Assembly (NCBI GenBank): GCA_009015555.1
Contig: GCA_009015555.1_3613.1
DNA length: 64,000 nucleotides
DNA from: a phage
Direction: 5' to 3' (one strand)
Part shown: piece by piece, positions 63,992-64,000 of the stretch
Position numbering within the stretch: position 1 is the stretch's first letter
Layout: each line of letters starts with the position of its first letter
Translations under genes and position numbers: made by a program
Notes under the pieces: generated by a model
Told to the model about the DNA's origin: nothing
The model's database searches: none
What the model saw: the letters and a program-made list of their open reading frames with translations, nothing else

Positions 63992-64000
63992 GTTGACGCC
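63992..64000 (+). promoter_or_regulatory. start of another promoter of the same family, cut by the window edge
   Basis: AAAATAAAGTTGACGCC at the last bases, matching the -35 context of the family. Confidence 0.4.

Noticed and set aside
56165-64000. CRISPR array as an explanation for the regularly repeated ~30-bp GC-palindromic elements
   Set aside because: The repeats are promoter-shaped (TTGAC-17-TATAAT), fall into several non-identical families, are spaced 250-500 bp apart with coding sequence between them, and no cas genes are present.
1-64000. Temperate or mobile-element features (integrase, repressor-Cro switch, att sites, transposase, toxin-antitoxin)
   Set aside because: No tyrosine/serine recombinase motifs, HTH repressor pairs or IS-type terminal inverted repeats were recognised; gene content is typical of a virulent phage. 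This cannot be excluded without profile searches.

Overview
The window is a contiguous piece of a virulent tailed-phage (Caudoviricetes) genome, roughly 50% GC with enterobacterial-style sigma70 promoters and Shine-Dalgarno sites. No tools were run: every functional call rests on motifs read by eye from the translations and has not been confirmed by database search. Layout: (1) 1-7977, rightward tail-fibre module: a tail-collar fibre, a putative fibre-assembly chaperone, three membrane proteins, a 1074-aa repeat-rich fibre and an RCC1-like propeller protein. (2) 8022-44626, leftward block of about 80 mostly small, overlapping genes, including an SSB with a DFDDDIPF tail, a family-A DNA polymerase, a T7 gp4-like primase-helicase, an SF1 helicase, a Lar-like zinc ribbon, a C5-methyltransferase-like protein, a macro-domain protein, a SleB-type wall hydrolase, and four paralogous proteins sharing an MQEML..GG N-terminus. 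(3) 44751-55264, rightward block with an HD-domain (p)ppGpp-hydrolase-like protein and a MoxR AAA+ ATPase / VWA pair. (4) 55263-56160, about 0.9 kb of repeat-dense non-coding DNA. (5) 56165-64000, an array of at least 23 small rightward ORFs, most behind their own near-consensus sigma70 promoter carrying a GC-rich inverted repeat in the spacer or around the -10. The strongest candidates for something undescribed are the hairpin-promoter gene array, the repeat region and the MQEML paralog family. No rRNA, tRNA, CRISPR, integrase or transposase was recognised. CDS coordinates include the stop codon; many starts were re-chosen against the ORF track using RBS and overlap logic, and starts of small genes are uncertain by a few codons.
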